Positions 37,316 to 49,101 of a DNA stretch of 64,000 nt are shown one piece after another; the stretch's first letter is position 1; each line of letters begins with the position of its first letter. Origin of the DNA: Octopus sinensis (taxonomy: Eukaryota); the NCBI RefSeq assembly GCF_006345805.1, contig NC_043002.1, positions 106,020,001 through 106,084,000 of the forward strand, given 5' to 3'. The position numbers and the translations under genes were made by a program. A model generated the notes under the pieces. It was given only the letters and a program-made list of their open reading frames with translations. It was not told where the DNA came from and made no database searches.

Positions 37316-37690
37316 TACCAACCACATGGTTCCGAGTTCAGTCCCACTGCGTGGCACCTTGGGCAAGTGTCTTCTACTATAGCCTCAGGCCGACCAAAGC
37401 CTTGTGAGTGGATTTGGTTGACGGAAACTGAAAAGAAGCCCGTCGTATATATGTATATATATATATGCGTGTGTGTGTCTGTGTTTGTCCCCCTAGCATT
37501 GCTTGACAACCGATGCTGGTGTGTTTACGTCGCCACCTAGCGGTTCGGCAAAAAAGACCGATAGAATAAGTACTGGGCTTACAAAAAATAAGTCCCGGGG
37601 TCGATTTGATCGACTAAAGGCGGTGCTCCAACATTGCCGCAGTCAAATGACTGAAACAAGTAAAAGAGTAAAAGAGAGAGTAAAAGAGTA
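37316..37690 (+). mobile_element. tRNA-derived SINE (family 1), 5'-truncated young copy
   Basis: Near-identical to the copies at 43258, 43939 and 52833. Has a GTTCAGTCCC B-box-like motif, an internal (TA/TG)n linker and an (AAAAGAGT)n tail. Confidence 0.9.
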
Positions 37691-38160
37691 TACATTTTTT
37701 AACAAATTTATATTCTGGTGAGGTCGCCTTTGCTTTTCATTCCCTCGGGGTCAATAAAATAAGTACCAGATGAACACTGGAGTCGATCTAATCGACTTAC
37801 CCACTGTTCCGAAATTGCTGGCCTTGTGTCAAAATCTAAAATCAATATTAATCAATAACCCCCCCCCCATATGTATGTTTGGTTTATCATTCTTTACTGC
37901 CTTAATACCGGGTATCTTTCAGTTTCGCATCTTGTCAACGTCAGTTTGCGCGAAACATTTTTACACAAAGGACGTCGGTTTATTTGGCGGGCGAAAAAAA
38001 TGTAATGTCTTACTTCATTAAATGGTTTTAACAAAATATATTAAGACCAACGTTGTTTAGTGATTCATCTGCATTGCTTTTCTATTACACTGACATTCTG
38101 CAGTGCTTCAAGCACACTACATCACTAAAGTGCGTGTATATGTGTGTTTGTTATATTAAG

Positions 38161-38488
38161 TATATAAAAGTCAAGTTGTGTGTCTGTCTTCTACGATTTA
38201 GATTCCTAACTACTCCCACATTTTGCGGTGCAGTTTAACCAAAACCGGGTATCTTATAGTCGTGATTCATATCGAGCCCTTCTGTTTTAATGCATTTTTT
38301 CGCTATTATATAAGGGAAGTAACTCTCTGAAAATGTCTACGATGAGTCAACGATTTAAAAAAAAATTTACCATAATTTTTTTTCCATTTTTAATGCATTT
38401 TTTTGCTACTTTTTGGCTATAACTCTCTAAAAATGCTTATATAGTTATTTCCCTTACAAACCCGAGCAACGCCGGGCGATACTGTTAG
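38161..38488 (+). mobile_element. Non-autonomous Helitron, family B (copy 2, internal deletion)
   Basis: Near-identical to 35992-36374 but lacks ~55 bp after GAGCCCTTCTG. Same 3' hairpin; ends TTAG|T. Confidence 0.8.
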
Positions 38489-39229
38489 TTAAGTATATAA
38501 AACTGTGTGTGACTTTGTTACAAACAAGGGCAGCATCAACGTTCCAAAGTGGAATAAAAAAGATTTATTGAGGAAGAGGAATAATTTAATGGCCTGGATA
38601 GAATCCTTCATCAGAAGGAAGGGAGTGATGGTGCCTAATGGCTGGCTTTCTACTTGTTTCCACTAACTACTCACAGACTATCGCTAGTTCCCTCGTAAAA
38701 AATAATAGCCCATGAGAAGAAAGAAAGAAAAAAATTAATATGTTGCCAAGTTAAATACTTTTAACTTGCATATTTGTGTGAATTCGTGTAGATATTTGTA
38801 AATGTGTTTTCGTATTTGTATAATTGTATGCGTCTAAATGTGTTTTTGTACGTTTGCTGGTATTTATTTCTATGATCTTGCTCACGTATTTATGTCTTTA
38901 TATTTGTACATTTGTACAAATATTTGTACATTTGTACAAATATTTGTACATTATTTTCTAATTATTATCGATTTAATCTCATTAATTACTAAATAATAAA
39001 ACCCAACTTAGTTTAGGTGACAGTTATATAACCTCTCAGGTTAATTATTCCTTAATCTGTTTATACTGATAAACCTAACCAGATTATTAATGCAGTACAC
39101 TTAAACACGATATCTATACATGTTTGTGTTCATATCAGTAATTTACACCTATAGGAGTTTAACATGTGATTTACTTATTTACATGGATAATTACATCCGT
39201 TTGTATTTACATTGGTTATTGGGAATGTT

Positions 39230-39486
39230 GGCAATCTTTCGTCTCTAGTAGACCTTTCCGTCGATTTCCGAAAAAAAATTTTTTTTTACATATGGGCTTG
39301 CGGGAACTTTTGAAGTAATGAGAGCGAAAGAGACTAAGAGAAAGCGATTGTATGACGAGGGAAGTTCTTTTGAAGTTACCGTGCATGGGAGCATTGATGT
39401 ACATGTGTGTGTGTTTGATGGGGTGTGGGAGACAGACAGTATGTTGTGTAATCGACGGAAAGGTCTACTAGAGACGAAAGATCGCC
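39230..39486. mobile_element. 257-bp MITE with 37-bp TIRs and 8-bp TSD (Merlin-like)
   Basis: TIRs GGC[A/G]ATCTTTCGTCTCTAGTAGACCTTTCCGTCGATT (39230-39266 and 39450-39486, 1 mismatch), flanked by GGAATGTT at 39222-39229 and 39487-39494. Confidence 0.85.
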
Positions 39487-40094
39487 GGAATGTTTGTATT
39501 TACATTGTTAATTTACACGTTTACAATGCGTTTAGGTTCATTTACACCTTCATGTGTTTACATCTACGAGTGCTTGTGTTCTCTTTGTTATGTATTTTGT
39601 GTATACCTCGGTCGCCATTTTCATGTCTTCTTATTTTACTTTATAACGTAGCAATCTGTTTATCTTTGCTTATTCACTATATATATTTCATTTTTGTAGG
39701 CCAGTAGTTTATTTTAAAAGTACTAATATTAAGTGATAGGAGAAAAACCCAAACTAGACTCAGGTACGCTCCATCAATTTATGTCTCTCCATGTGACTGG
39801 AAAGGTTTGGATCAAACCGTAATTGTCGTAGAAAACATTTGCTCAATGAGCTGTAGAGTGGGATTGAACTCAAGACCTTTCAAGAGGATGTTGAAGCAAT
39901 CTTCTTAACCACTTTACCATATCTTGTACTTTTATGTGCCCATGCCAGGGCACTGCTATGAAGCGTTTAATTACACAAATAGACCCATGTACTTGAAAAT
40001 TAAGCGTGATACTTAACGGTGTCTTTTGTTGGACTGCTAAGTTAAGGGGACGTAACTCAGACAATCCAACACTGCCCAGTTACAATTGGGGACA

Positions 40095-40248
40095 AACACA
40101 TACACACATTGCGGGTTTCCACATAGTCTCTGTCTACCAAACTCACTCACAAGTCCTTGGCTGTCAAGAAGACACTTCCCTAAGGTGCTGCACAGTGGGG
40201 ACCCGAAACCACTTGATTGCAAAGTGAGCCTTTTAACCACACAGCAAT
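40095..40248 (-). mobile_element. Family 1 SINE head, degenerate, reverse orientation
   Basis: GTCTACCAAACTCACTCACAAG...AAGACACTTCCCTAAGGTGCTGCACAGTGGG...TTAACCACACAGC is the reverse complement of the family 1 5' half. Confidence 0.7.
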
Positions 40249-41503
40249 GTTTGCACATATAAGGCTCATAGCAGACACGTCAAGCCAAGTGAAACATAGA
40301 AGGCACCCGTGCTGGTGACCCATAAGAGGCACCCACTACAGTTTTGCAGTGGTTGGCATTAGGGAGAGCATCCAGCTGTAGAAATCCCAAATCAGCCTGG
40401 AGCCTGGTACAGTTATCTGGTTTACCAGTTCCAGTCAAACTGTCTAATCCATGCCAGCATGGAAAACAGATGTTAAATGACAATGATGGTATATGGATAT
40501 CCTACCTATCACTCACTCAGCACAAACTTTGTACATTTGATAATACCACCAGCACTAGAATGTTTGACTGGCTGAAAGCTAAATAGTTCTCTATTCAGTA
40601 TCTGTATTTTTTCATTTTTTTTTTTAAGAATTACTTCTCTTGATAGATCGCTTGCACTGTGGCTTGTGGAATACACATCTAAATCATAAGTTTATGTTGT
40701 AGGTATTTAGTCTTGCCATACCAATGCATCCCATAGTTAAGTCGTAGTACTCTTACTACAGAATGAACCAAAGAACAGCTTGAGTAGTTTCACTTGGTCG
40801 TTCATTATCAGCTCATACATCAGTTTTTGTTTGTTCTCCAGAGAAACAGACTGAGAGAGTGAGGAGCTTACAACTGCTCATGAAAAATGCTTATTTATGA
40901 GTAACAAGTATATCCGTAAATAGTTGTAAGCTGCTCTCTCATAATTATGATTGATTTGCCGGTAATGATTTGTGAAACTTGTCAAGTTATTCTTCATTTA
41001 ATTCTGCCAAGAGAAACATGCCATTTACTAACAGCAAGGCTAAGTCTATGTTAAAGATAAGTAAACAGATCTCTGATTTATTCCATGTGCACTGTCTCAG
41101 TATAAATAATAAGGATTAATGACAAGGGTATCCGACTGTAAAACAATGCCTCAATGGTATCTCCAATCCATGCAAGTATGGAAAAACAGATTTAGAACCA
41201 AATGTGTGCGTGACAAATGTACATTTTATTTATTACATATATATAAAAGCAATGAAAGGAATAATGATAGTGGTATCACATTTATTAATCAGTTAATTAT
41301 TTTAATAACCAGTGGGATTACTATAGCAATCAACATGTTGGAGCTTATACAAAAAATATGCAAGTCTATGCAATACTAAAAGAAAATCCCACCAGTAATC
41401 TTATCAAAATTGTTAAAATATTACCATGCTTTTTACTATACACACACACACACACACACACACACAAATGCATTTTATAATAATGTTTGTCTTCTTTTTT
41501 CAG

Positions 41504-41596
41504 ATGGTGACCCGTACAAAGAAAATATTTGTTGGTGGATTATCAGCATCTACTACTGTTGATGATGTCAGAAATTACTTTAACCAATATGGCAAG
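41504..41596 (+). CDS. msi: Musashi-family RNA-binding protein, exon encoding the start of RRM2 (RNP2)
   Basis: TTTTTCAG|ATG...GGCAAG|GTAAGC; 93 bp, phase 0-0; [31 protein letters not shown]. Matches in sequence and exon boundaries the vertebrate MSI1/2 exon [31 protein letters not shown] as recalled. Confidence 0.97.
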
Positions 41597-42759
41597 GTAA
41601 GCCGATTTTCTTGTAAGTCTTGAAGAAGTCTGTGTGGTGGGATTGTGATGTAGTTGCTTACAAGTGTATTATTACTACTACTACTACTAACTTCTACATA
41701 CCTTACTGATTTTATTGCCTCTTACATTTACTAACGTGAGCCAATGTGAAGCCCTTACATAGTCGATCAATTTGCTAGAAATAGCAACTATATCTTATCA
41801 TACCCTGCTGGGCTGAATACAGAAAAGACACATTAGACAGTGTTGTGGCTTGAATACCTTCTTTGATCAATATGTCTGCTTAATCAGAGCTGGCTCCAGG
41901 CTAAACCACTATAACTAACCATGCAAATATATTTGATATACACACAAGTATATTTACTATCACTGCCATTGCAGCTCACCTCTACACCAACTAGTAACAC
42001 TACTGCTACTGTCATCACCACCACCACCACCACCTATCACTGCTGTTATGATTAACATCTGCTAGTAGTAGTAGTAGGAGTGGTAGTGAATCTAGTTAAA
42101 GTTGATAGTGAATATGTTGGTATTGTTTAGCCTTAGGTCAGACTTCAATGAGCAGACCTATCTTTAATCAAAAATATTTCAGCAGAGACCTTCCTTTTTG
42201 TTTTTGAGGCAATAAACCTTGTTATACAATATGCTTTCACCTTTGTAAGAATAGGGCCCACACAAGATGAGGGACAGCCAGTACATTGGTTAGAGGTCTG
42301 TGAATATGACAAAAAAAAAAAAAAACCCTCCATAAAAATTAGAATAAACCATGCTCCCCAGTTTAAAAAATAGTCTTGTTTCACTTTGCAAAAGTTTTCT
42401 TTAAGGCCCTGTGTAAGATAATAGTGTGTAATTTGAGATTTAGTTGCTACTTCTTGCAAGTCAATTAACTCTATTGAGTAGATTCTGCCAACCGTTGTGT
42501 CATGGATTTTTTAGGTCACCGTCAATTTTAATGTCCATTTTCCTTTGCTGGCATGGGTCAGACTAAATTTGTTTAGGTAGAGTTTAGATGCCCTTCCTGT
42601 CACCACCCCTCACCTAATGCCAAACAAAGTAATATTTCCCCATGGCTAGACATGTTTTTCAGAGCATTAGGCCTCATACAGGCAAAGAGGCTGATGCCAT
42701 TGGCATGTGAAAAACTCCTTTCAAGTGTTGGGCCTTACAGAGGTAATGACCAAGACCTT

Positions 42760-43018
42760 TGGCATTATGCCATGCTTGAGAAGACCTATCAAGCCAAGTA
42801 AAATCTCAGTTGTGACAGATACCAGTGTCACGCAAATGGCACGTAAAAGCTCCCATTATACTTTCAGAATGGTTGGTCTTAGGAAGGGCATCCAGCCATC
42901 GAAACAATGCCAAATCAGATTGGAGTCTGGTGAAGCCTTCCAGCTTGCCAACCCTGGTCAAAATGTCCAACCCATGCCAGCATGTTTGACAGACGCTAAA
43001 TGATGATGATGATGATGA
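42760..43018 (+). mobile_element. Family 2 SINE
   Basis: Core TTAGGAAGGGCATCCAGCC and tail GACGCTAAATGATGATGATGATGATG. Confidence 0.8.
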
Positions 43019-43257
43019 CTGGGAACAAATGACATCATGTATCATGGTGACACTCGTTTAAAACACTCATGATTTCAAGACATGAGGAAACATGCATATA
43101 CACACACACATGCATACATACAGCATTTTTTACCTATACCCTATGAGCAAAATTTGGCAAGCAGAAACTGCAGAAGTCCTGTCATGTGTGCATGTATGTG
43201 TATTTGTTTAATGGTTTCCTGTTGACTTTTTTTTTTTATGCTAGCATAATTTAGATA

Positions 43258-43641
43258 GGCGCAGGAGTGGCTGTGTGGTAAGTAGCTTGCTTACCAACCA
43301 CATGGTTCCGGGTTCAGTCCCATTGCGTGGTACCTAGGGCAAGTGTCTTTTACTACAGCCTCAGGCCGACCAAAGCCCTGTGAGTGGATTTGGTAGACGG
43401 AAACTGAAAGAAGCCCGCCGTATTTATGTATATATGCGTATGTGTTTGTCCCCCCCAACATCGCTTGACAACCGATGCTGGTGTGTTTACGTCCCCGTAA
43501 CTTAGTGATTCGGCAAAAGAGACCGATAGAATAAGTACTAGGCTTACAAAGAATAAGTCCTGGGGGTCGATTTCCTTGACTAAAGGCGGTGCTCCAGCAT
43601 GGCCGCAGTCAAATGACTGAAATAAGTAAAAGAGTAAAGAG
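43258..43641 (+). mobile_element. tRNA-derived SINE (family 1), full-length young copy
   Basis: GGCGCAGGAGTGGCTGTGTGGTAAG (A-box-like) ... GGGTTCAGTCCC (B-box-like) ... GTAAAAGAGTAAAGA tail. Confidence 0.92.
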
Positions 43642-43648
43642 ATACACT

Positions 43649-43877
43649 TTAACTTTTTTTGTGAACCATATTTTCCTTGAAATACACCTTTGTTTCAGTG
43701 GATTTCAGAAATAATGAAGAATATAGTGAAATGACTCTGTCATTATTAACAAATGTTCAGAACATAAATTAACATGAAATTTTAATAGAAAACTTTAATT
43801 TATATTACTTAAAAATCAGGAAGTTTGTACCAGAGAACCAGAGTTAATTTTGGAGAGATTAGTATCAAAAGGGTTAA
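43649..43877. mobile_element. TTAA-flanked MITE, family B (copy 1)
   Basis: TTAACTTTTTTTGTGAACC ... GTATCAAAAGGGTTAA. Internal homology to 47643-47856. Confidence 0.6.
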
Positions 43878-43938
43878 GTCAGAATTTTAAGGATGGATGC
43901 AATTTTCACATACACGTGTATATATATATATATATATA

Positions 43939-44100
43939 GGCGCAGGAGTGTCTGTGTGGTAAGTAGCTTGCTAACCAACCACATGGTTCCGGGTTCAGTC
44001 CCACTGCGTGGCATCTTGGGCAAGTGTCTTCTGCTATAGCCCCGGGACGACCAATGCCTTGTGAGTGAATTTGATAGACGGAAACTGAAAGAAGCCTGTC

Positions 44101-44148
<48 letters not shown>

Positions 44149-44340
44149 CTGTGTTTGTCCCCCTAGCATTGCTTGACAACTGATGCTGGTGTGTTTACGT
44201 CCCCGTCACTTAGCGGTTCGGCAAAAGAGACCGATAGAATAAGTACTGGGCTTACAAAGAATAAGTCCTGGGGTCGATTTGCCCGACTAAAGGCGGTGCT
44301 CCAGCATGGCCGCAGTCAAATGACTGAAACAAGTAAGAGT
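43939..44340 (+). mobile_element. tRNA-derived SINE (family 1), full-length young copy
   Basis: Same consensus as 43258; inserted directly after a (TA)n tract and followed by (TA)n. Confidence 0.92.
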
Positions 44341-44357
44341 ATATATATATATATCAA

Positions 44358-44710
44358 CATCATCATCATTTAACGTCCGTTTTCCATGCTGGTATGGGTT
44401 GGGCGGTTTGACTGAGGTCTGGAGAGCCAGTGGCTGCCCCAGGCTCCAATCTAATCTGGCAATGTTTCTACAGCTGGATGCCCTTCCTAACACAAATCAC
44501 TCTGAGAGTGTAGTGGGTGCTTTTTGCATGCCACCAGCACAGGAGCCAGTCAGGCGGGCCTGGCATCGATCACATTCAGATAGTGCTTTTTACGTTCCAC
44601 TGGCACAGGGAGCCAGTCACGGGTTACTGTTATCGGCCACGTTCAGATGATGCATTTTACGTGTCACTGTAACCGGAGCCAGTCAGGGGGCACTGGCCAC
44701 AGCTACGATT
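44358..44710 (-). mobile_element. Family 2 SINE, reverse orientation
   Basis: (CAT)n-TTTAACGTCCGTTTTCCATGC...CAGCTGGATGCCCTTCCTAA plus internal GGAGCCAGTC repeats. Confidence 0.85.
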
Positions 44711-46084
44711 TTGTATGTGTATATATATACCCACACACATGTATGGGCAAGCTTTTATCAACACCACCTTCATATGTTTTCTTGTATTGGCTTGGGTTGG
44801 AAACATCTACTTTTCTTTTTAAGGCTTACCATATGTCCAGACATGCCCACATTAGCATACATACCTGTTTACTACCTACACACACACTCTTTCTCTCTTT
44901 CTTCTTTAACTCCTCTCTCTTTATATCCTCTCTTTCTCTTTATTATCCTCTCTTTCTCTATCCTCTCTCACTCTCTCCTCTCTCACTCTCTCTCTCTCTC
45001 TCTCACATGCATGCACATGGAATTTAATAGCACCCAGAAATGTGAAGAACTTTCCCTACATGTCTGATTGCCTTACACCAAAGAAAACACGTGCAGTGTT
45101 GTCTATTCTGCAGATATGTGTACACAATTACATGTGGAGCTCTGGTGAACGAACTCATTTGCCGACACAGCAGTTGAACAGTGACCTAGTTTCTCAAAGA
45201 TGCATGTAAAAGATGCAATGACCTAGTTTTGCCCACATATATGAACACATGCACACACTAGACGTGTAATGCATATAGTTGTTAAATGTATAAACAACAT
45301 AAGCACATACATATGAGCCAACTAGTGATTCTTCTATGTAGTTGTTCAATTTACTAGAAATAGCAGCCAGATTCCTGCAAAATGTATCTTACTGTTTAAA
45401 AGAGGAATGAAATAAAATAAATTAGGACACATTTGATCATATATTAGCTTAATAAGATCTGACTTTGGGCTAAACAGAAACAGACAATATAATCTAACAT
45501 GGTTTAGAGCAATTTTTTTCTCTGTTTAGTTGTAGTTTCTGTGTGTGTAGTCAAACATGATCACAGTTGTTGATGCTATTACAAGTGCATGCATGCATAC
45601 ACATACATGTTTCTATAGCAACACAATAACCTAGTTTCCTGCATGTGGCATATATCGACAACTACATATGCATGTGGCATAGGCATTGACCAAATTTATA
45701 GTACCCATTCACACATAAACACATACATGCAAGTAGATGCACTTTGGGACTTGATTTATAGATATACATTAGGGATTGTGTGTATGCAATCAGACATGCA
45801 CACAGTTAACTGAAGGAGGGGAAGCTCTGTGATTGTCCACTTACTAAGAAATATCAGTTACATCTCAATTACAAAACCTACCAGTGGACATCAGCTAATA
45901 GTATCCATGCTATGGAACAAAACCACATGGTCCTAAAGTAAACTTTACAGCCATGAATGTGTGTGTATTAGGTGCAGGCGTGGCTGTGTGGCAAGAAGCT
46001 TACTTCCCAATCACATGATTCTGGGTTCGATCCCACTGTATACCAACTTGGCTGTCTTCTACTATAGTCCCAGACTATATTAGA

Positions 46085-46510
46085 GCCTCAGGGGAAAAGA
46101 TAACAAAGGACCAGGACAATTGCTAATTTGCTGTGTTTTAGAAGACCCATCCAGATAATATTGAGGCCATGAAGACATCCTTTATGTCCATGCCTCCCAT
46201 CATCCCACTTTTCCAATCCATAATCACCGCCCTGTATTCCTCTTCCTTCTCTGATACTCCCTCACAGACCTACTTCACACATGTTCCTGTCAAATCTCTT
46301 CCCCACAATATATCTTCCTAATAGCCCCTACCTCTACCCAGTCACTATATTTTCCCTTCCATCTCCTATTCTCCTTTGGTGATCTCATAAGCTAACCGAC
46401 CATTTCCAATCTCTTGTCCACTTCACTATATACACCTCACTGTTGCTTGGGTGTTCACCCTGTCACATCTTCACCATCTTATCTCTCACTTCACTTTCTC
46501 TCTCTCCAGC
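46085..46510 (-). mobile_element. Highly degenerate LINE-like (RTE 3' region?) remnant
   Basis: Purine-rich minus strand with a GRGRG-like stretch resembling the RTE C-terminal GRGRP motif. No intact ORF. Confidence 0.25.
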
Positions 46511-47148
46511 TGATGTAATCCTGTTTCTTCTGTACTGCAGGACACATTTTTGTTCCGCTATACTACCCTCCCCCACTCAGTTGAGAGGTCTTGTCTTGCA
46601 AATTACTTGGTGACAACCTCACCAGTTCTGGTGCCACATAAAAAGCACCCAGTACACTTCATAAAAGGGTTGACATTAGGAAGGGCATCCAGCTGCCAAA
46701 TAGCCTGTAGAACTTGGCACAGTCTTCCGATTTGCCAGCCCCTTTCAAATTTTCCAACGCTTACCAGCATGCAAAATAGATGGTAAATAATGAGGATATA
46801 TACTGCTATGTATGTACTATGCAATATCAAGCATTGTACAACACTCTCTTTTTGTACATAAAAATTTTGTAATATATTTTATCTTTTTTAAGTTTTAAGT
46901 ATAATGCTACCCACAATTTTAGTTGCTCAAGTTTTGTATTAAATTTCTTGCACTAGTAAAACATACTATATACATCTCAACACAAACATATAAATACATG
47001 CACACATACACACACACATGTAGTGCATGTTTTTATATGTATTGCCTGTAAACAATCTCATGTGATTGTATTTCTAAAATTCATCTGTGCATGATAGATT
47101 TTCATTGTTTAAAGTGATGTCTCAGATTACTTGTGTGTGTGTGTGTGT

Positions 47149-47185
<37 letters not shown>

Positions 47186-47188
<3 letters not shown>

Positions 47189-47234
47189 GGAGTGTCTGGT
47201 TCTATCTCTCATCTGATGATGCTAGGTGTGTGTG

Positions 47235-47276
<42 letters not shown>

Positions 47277-47327
47277 GGAGTGTCTGGTTCTATCTATCAT
47301 CTGATGATGCTAGGTGTGTGTGGCGTC
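47186..47327. repeat. Tandem duplication of a 54-bp unit bounded by (TA)n
   Basis: GTTGGAGTGTCTGG...GTGTGG[T/C]GTC at 47186-47239 and 47274-47327, with 2 substitutions. Confidence 0.95.
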
Positions 47328-47642
47328 TATATATACATATATATATATATATATATACTTTCAGTCAAATATATTTCTGCACTGATGGTTAACTTCATGG
47401 TTGAATGGCTGAGAAATGTTCCACTTCACATTCTTAGTGGATTGGGGAAGAAAACATCAAAATAAGAAACATGTCACTCGCTGTAACTTGTTTTTGTATA
47501 AAACTGCAAATTTATGCCATAAATGTATCTTGGAAGGGAAAATAGTGCCAAGATTTTAAGGTTGTTTATAGATCCCACTCAGTTCTTAATGGCAGTTCAG
47601 TCATTGGTTAGTATCTGTCTGTCTGTCTGCTGAGAAAAACAC

Positions 47643-47856
47643 TTAACTCTTTTGTTATCATATTTCTGTTGAAATACACTACCCTTCTTTCAATTAATTT
47701 TGTACATAATGAAGAATTTAGTAAAATAATTCATTATTAAGCCGGTATGAATTAACATGAAATTTTGAAAGGGTTTAATTTAGATCACTTTAAAATAAGA
47801 AGTTTGTGCCCAGCACAAGGGGGCCATCTCAGGTGAGTCAGTAACAAATGGGTTAA
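47643..47856. mobile_element. TTAA-flanked MITE, family B (copy 2)
   Basis: TTAACTCTTTTGTTATC ... GTAACAAATGGGTTAA; shares GAAATACAC, ATAATGAAGAAT and ATTAACATGAAATTTT blocks with 43649-43877. Confidence 0.6.
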
Positions 47857-48447
47857 GAGAGAGAGAGAGAGATATGTCTAAAACTGCCACCTATGAAACT
47901 GGAGCCATGTAACAAAATAAATGCATCTATACAATACCAAACCATGAGCCAATGGTTGACCTACAAGAAACAGCAGTTAAAGTTTCAAATGACATAACAC
48001 CCTACAGCTTGGATGGTTTGACATCTGCTTGATCAGAGTTGAATAGGGGCTATACTACTGCTACTATCTAAAATAATCATTATTTCATAATATCAAATGA
48101 GATGTCTATGATGGTTTTTATTTTTATCATCACTCCACCTTTTTTTCCCACCATTATCTACAAGGAATTATATAATCTAAAGTCTTTCTTCACTCCTTTT
48201 TCTATTTCGCTAAGATAGTAGTTTGTAATTTGAGAAAGATTTCGGAGTTATTTCTAGCTGTCTGAATGACAGCATAGAGGCTTCTTTCTTTAGATTGTGT
48301 GGGACTATCTTCAGGAACTAGTAAAGGAGTCTAGAAGGTTAATAAGGCTGAGGTATATATAATATAATATAATATATATAGATAGATAGATACACATACA
48401 CACTCACATATATACATATACACACACACTCACACATAGATATATAA

Positions 48448-48480
<33 letters not shown>

Positions 48481-49060
48481 AACTCATAAAACAGGGAACT
48501 AGCAGTGAATTTATTTACTGAAGAAGAAACTGAACCAATAAGGAAGTCAGGGAGAAAATAGTAAAAAGAGGAAAGACACTCCCCTAACACATACTCAATA
48601 AAATACACACAATTGTTCTTTGTTAAGAATGTCTGACCCCTAAGGGACCAGCCACTCTCCCATCTATCTACCCCCTTACAAAACTACTGTTGTACTCAGC
48701 AGTAGTCTCCTTCCTTCTCCTGCTGCTGTGGTCTCTGTATATCTGTTCAGTGTTTGTTTGTAAAGACAATAGGCCAGGCAAGAAGACATGAATGAATATT
48801 GGAAGAAGAGTGCAAGGAGCTGAGGGAATAAAAGAATAGGTTAAAAAGAAGATTGGTATGAAAGAATCCCTACAAAAAAAAAAAAAAGGAAAAGAGTGGC
48901 AGGAGTTGTGGTGGGAGAGACAGTTATATTACACTTAAATCTCCTGTCTCTTCTTCCTTCCCTAGCTTCAGGGCTAGATGTGTGTGTGTATTTGTTTTAT
49001 GTCAGTGGGAGGTTTCTGTATGTGTCAAATGTACACACCTGTCTTGTGTATACTTGGTGG

Positions 49061-49101
<41 letters not shown>

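Noticed and set aside
42062-42087. (UAG)n run downstream of the RRM2 exon as a Musashi autoregulatory site
   Set aside because: (TAG/CTA)n tracts are common throughout this window, so enrichment cannot be claimed without CLIP data.
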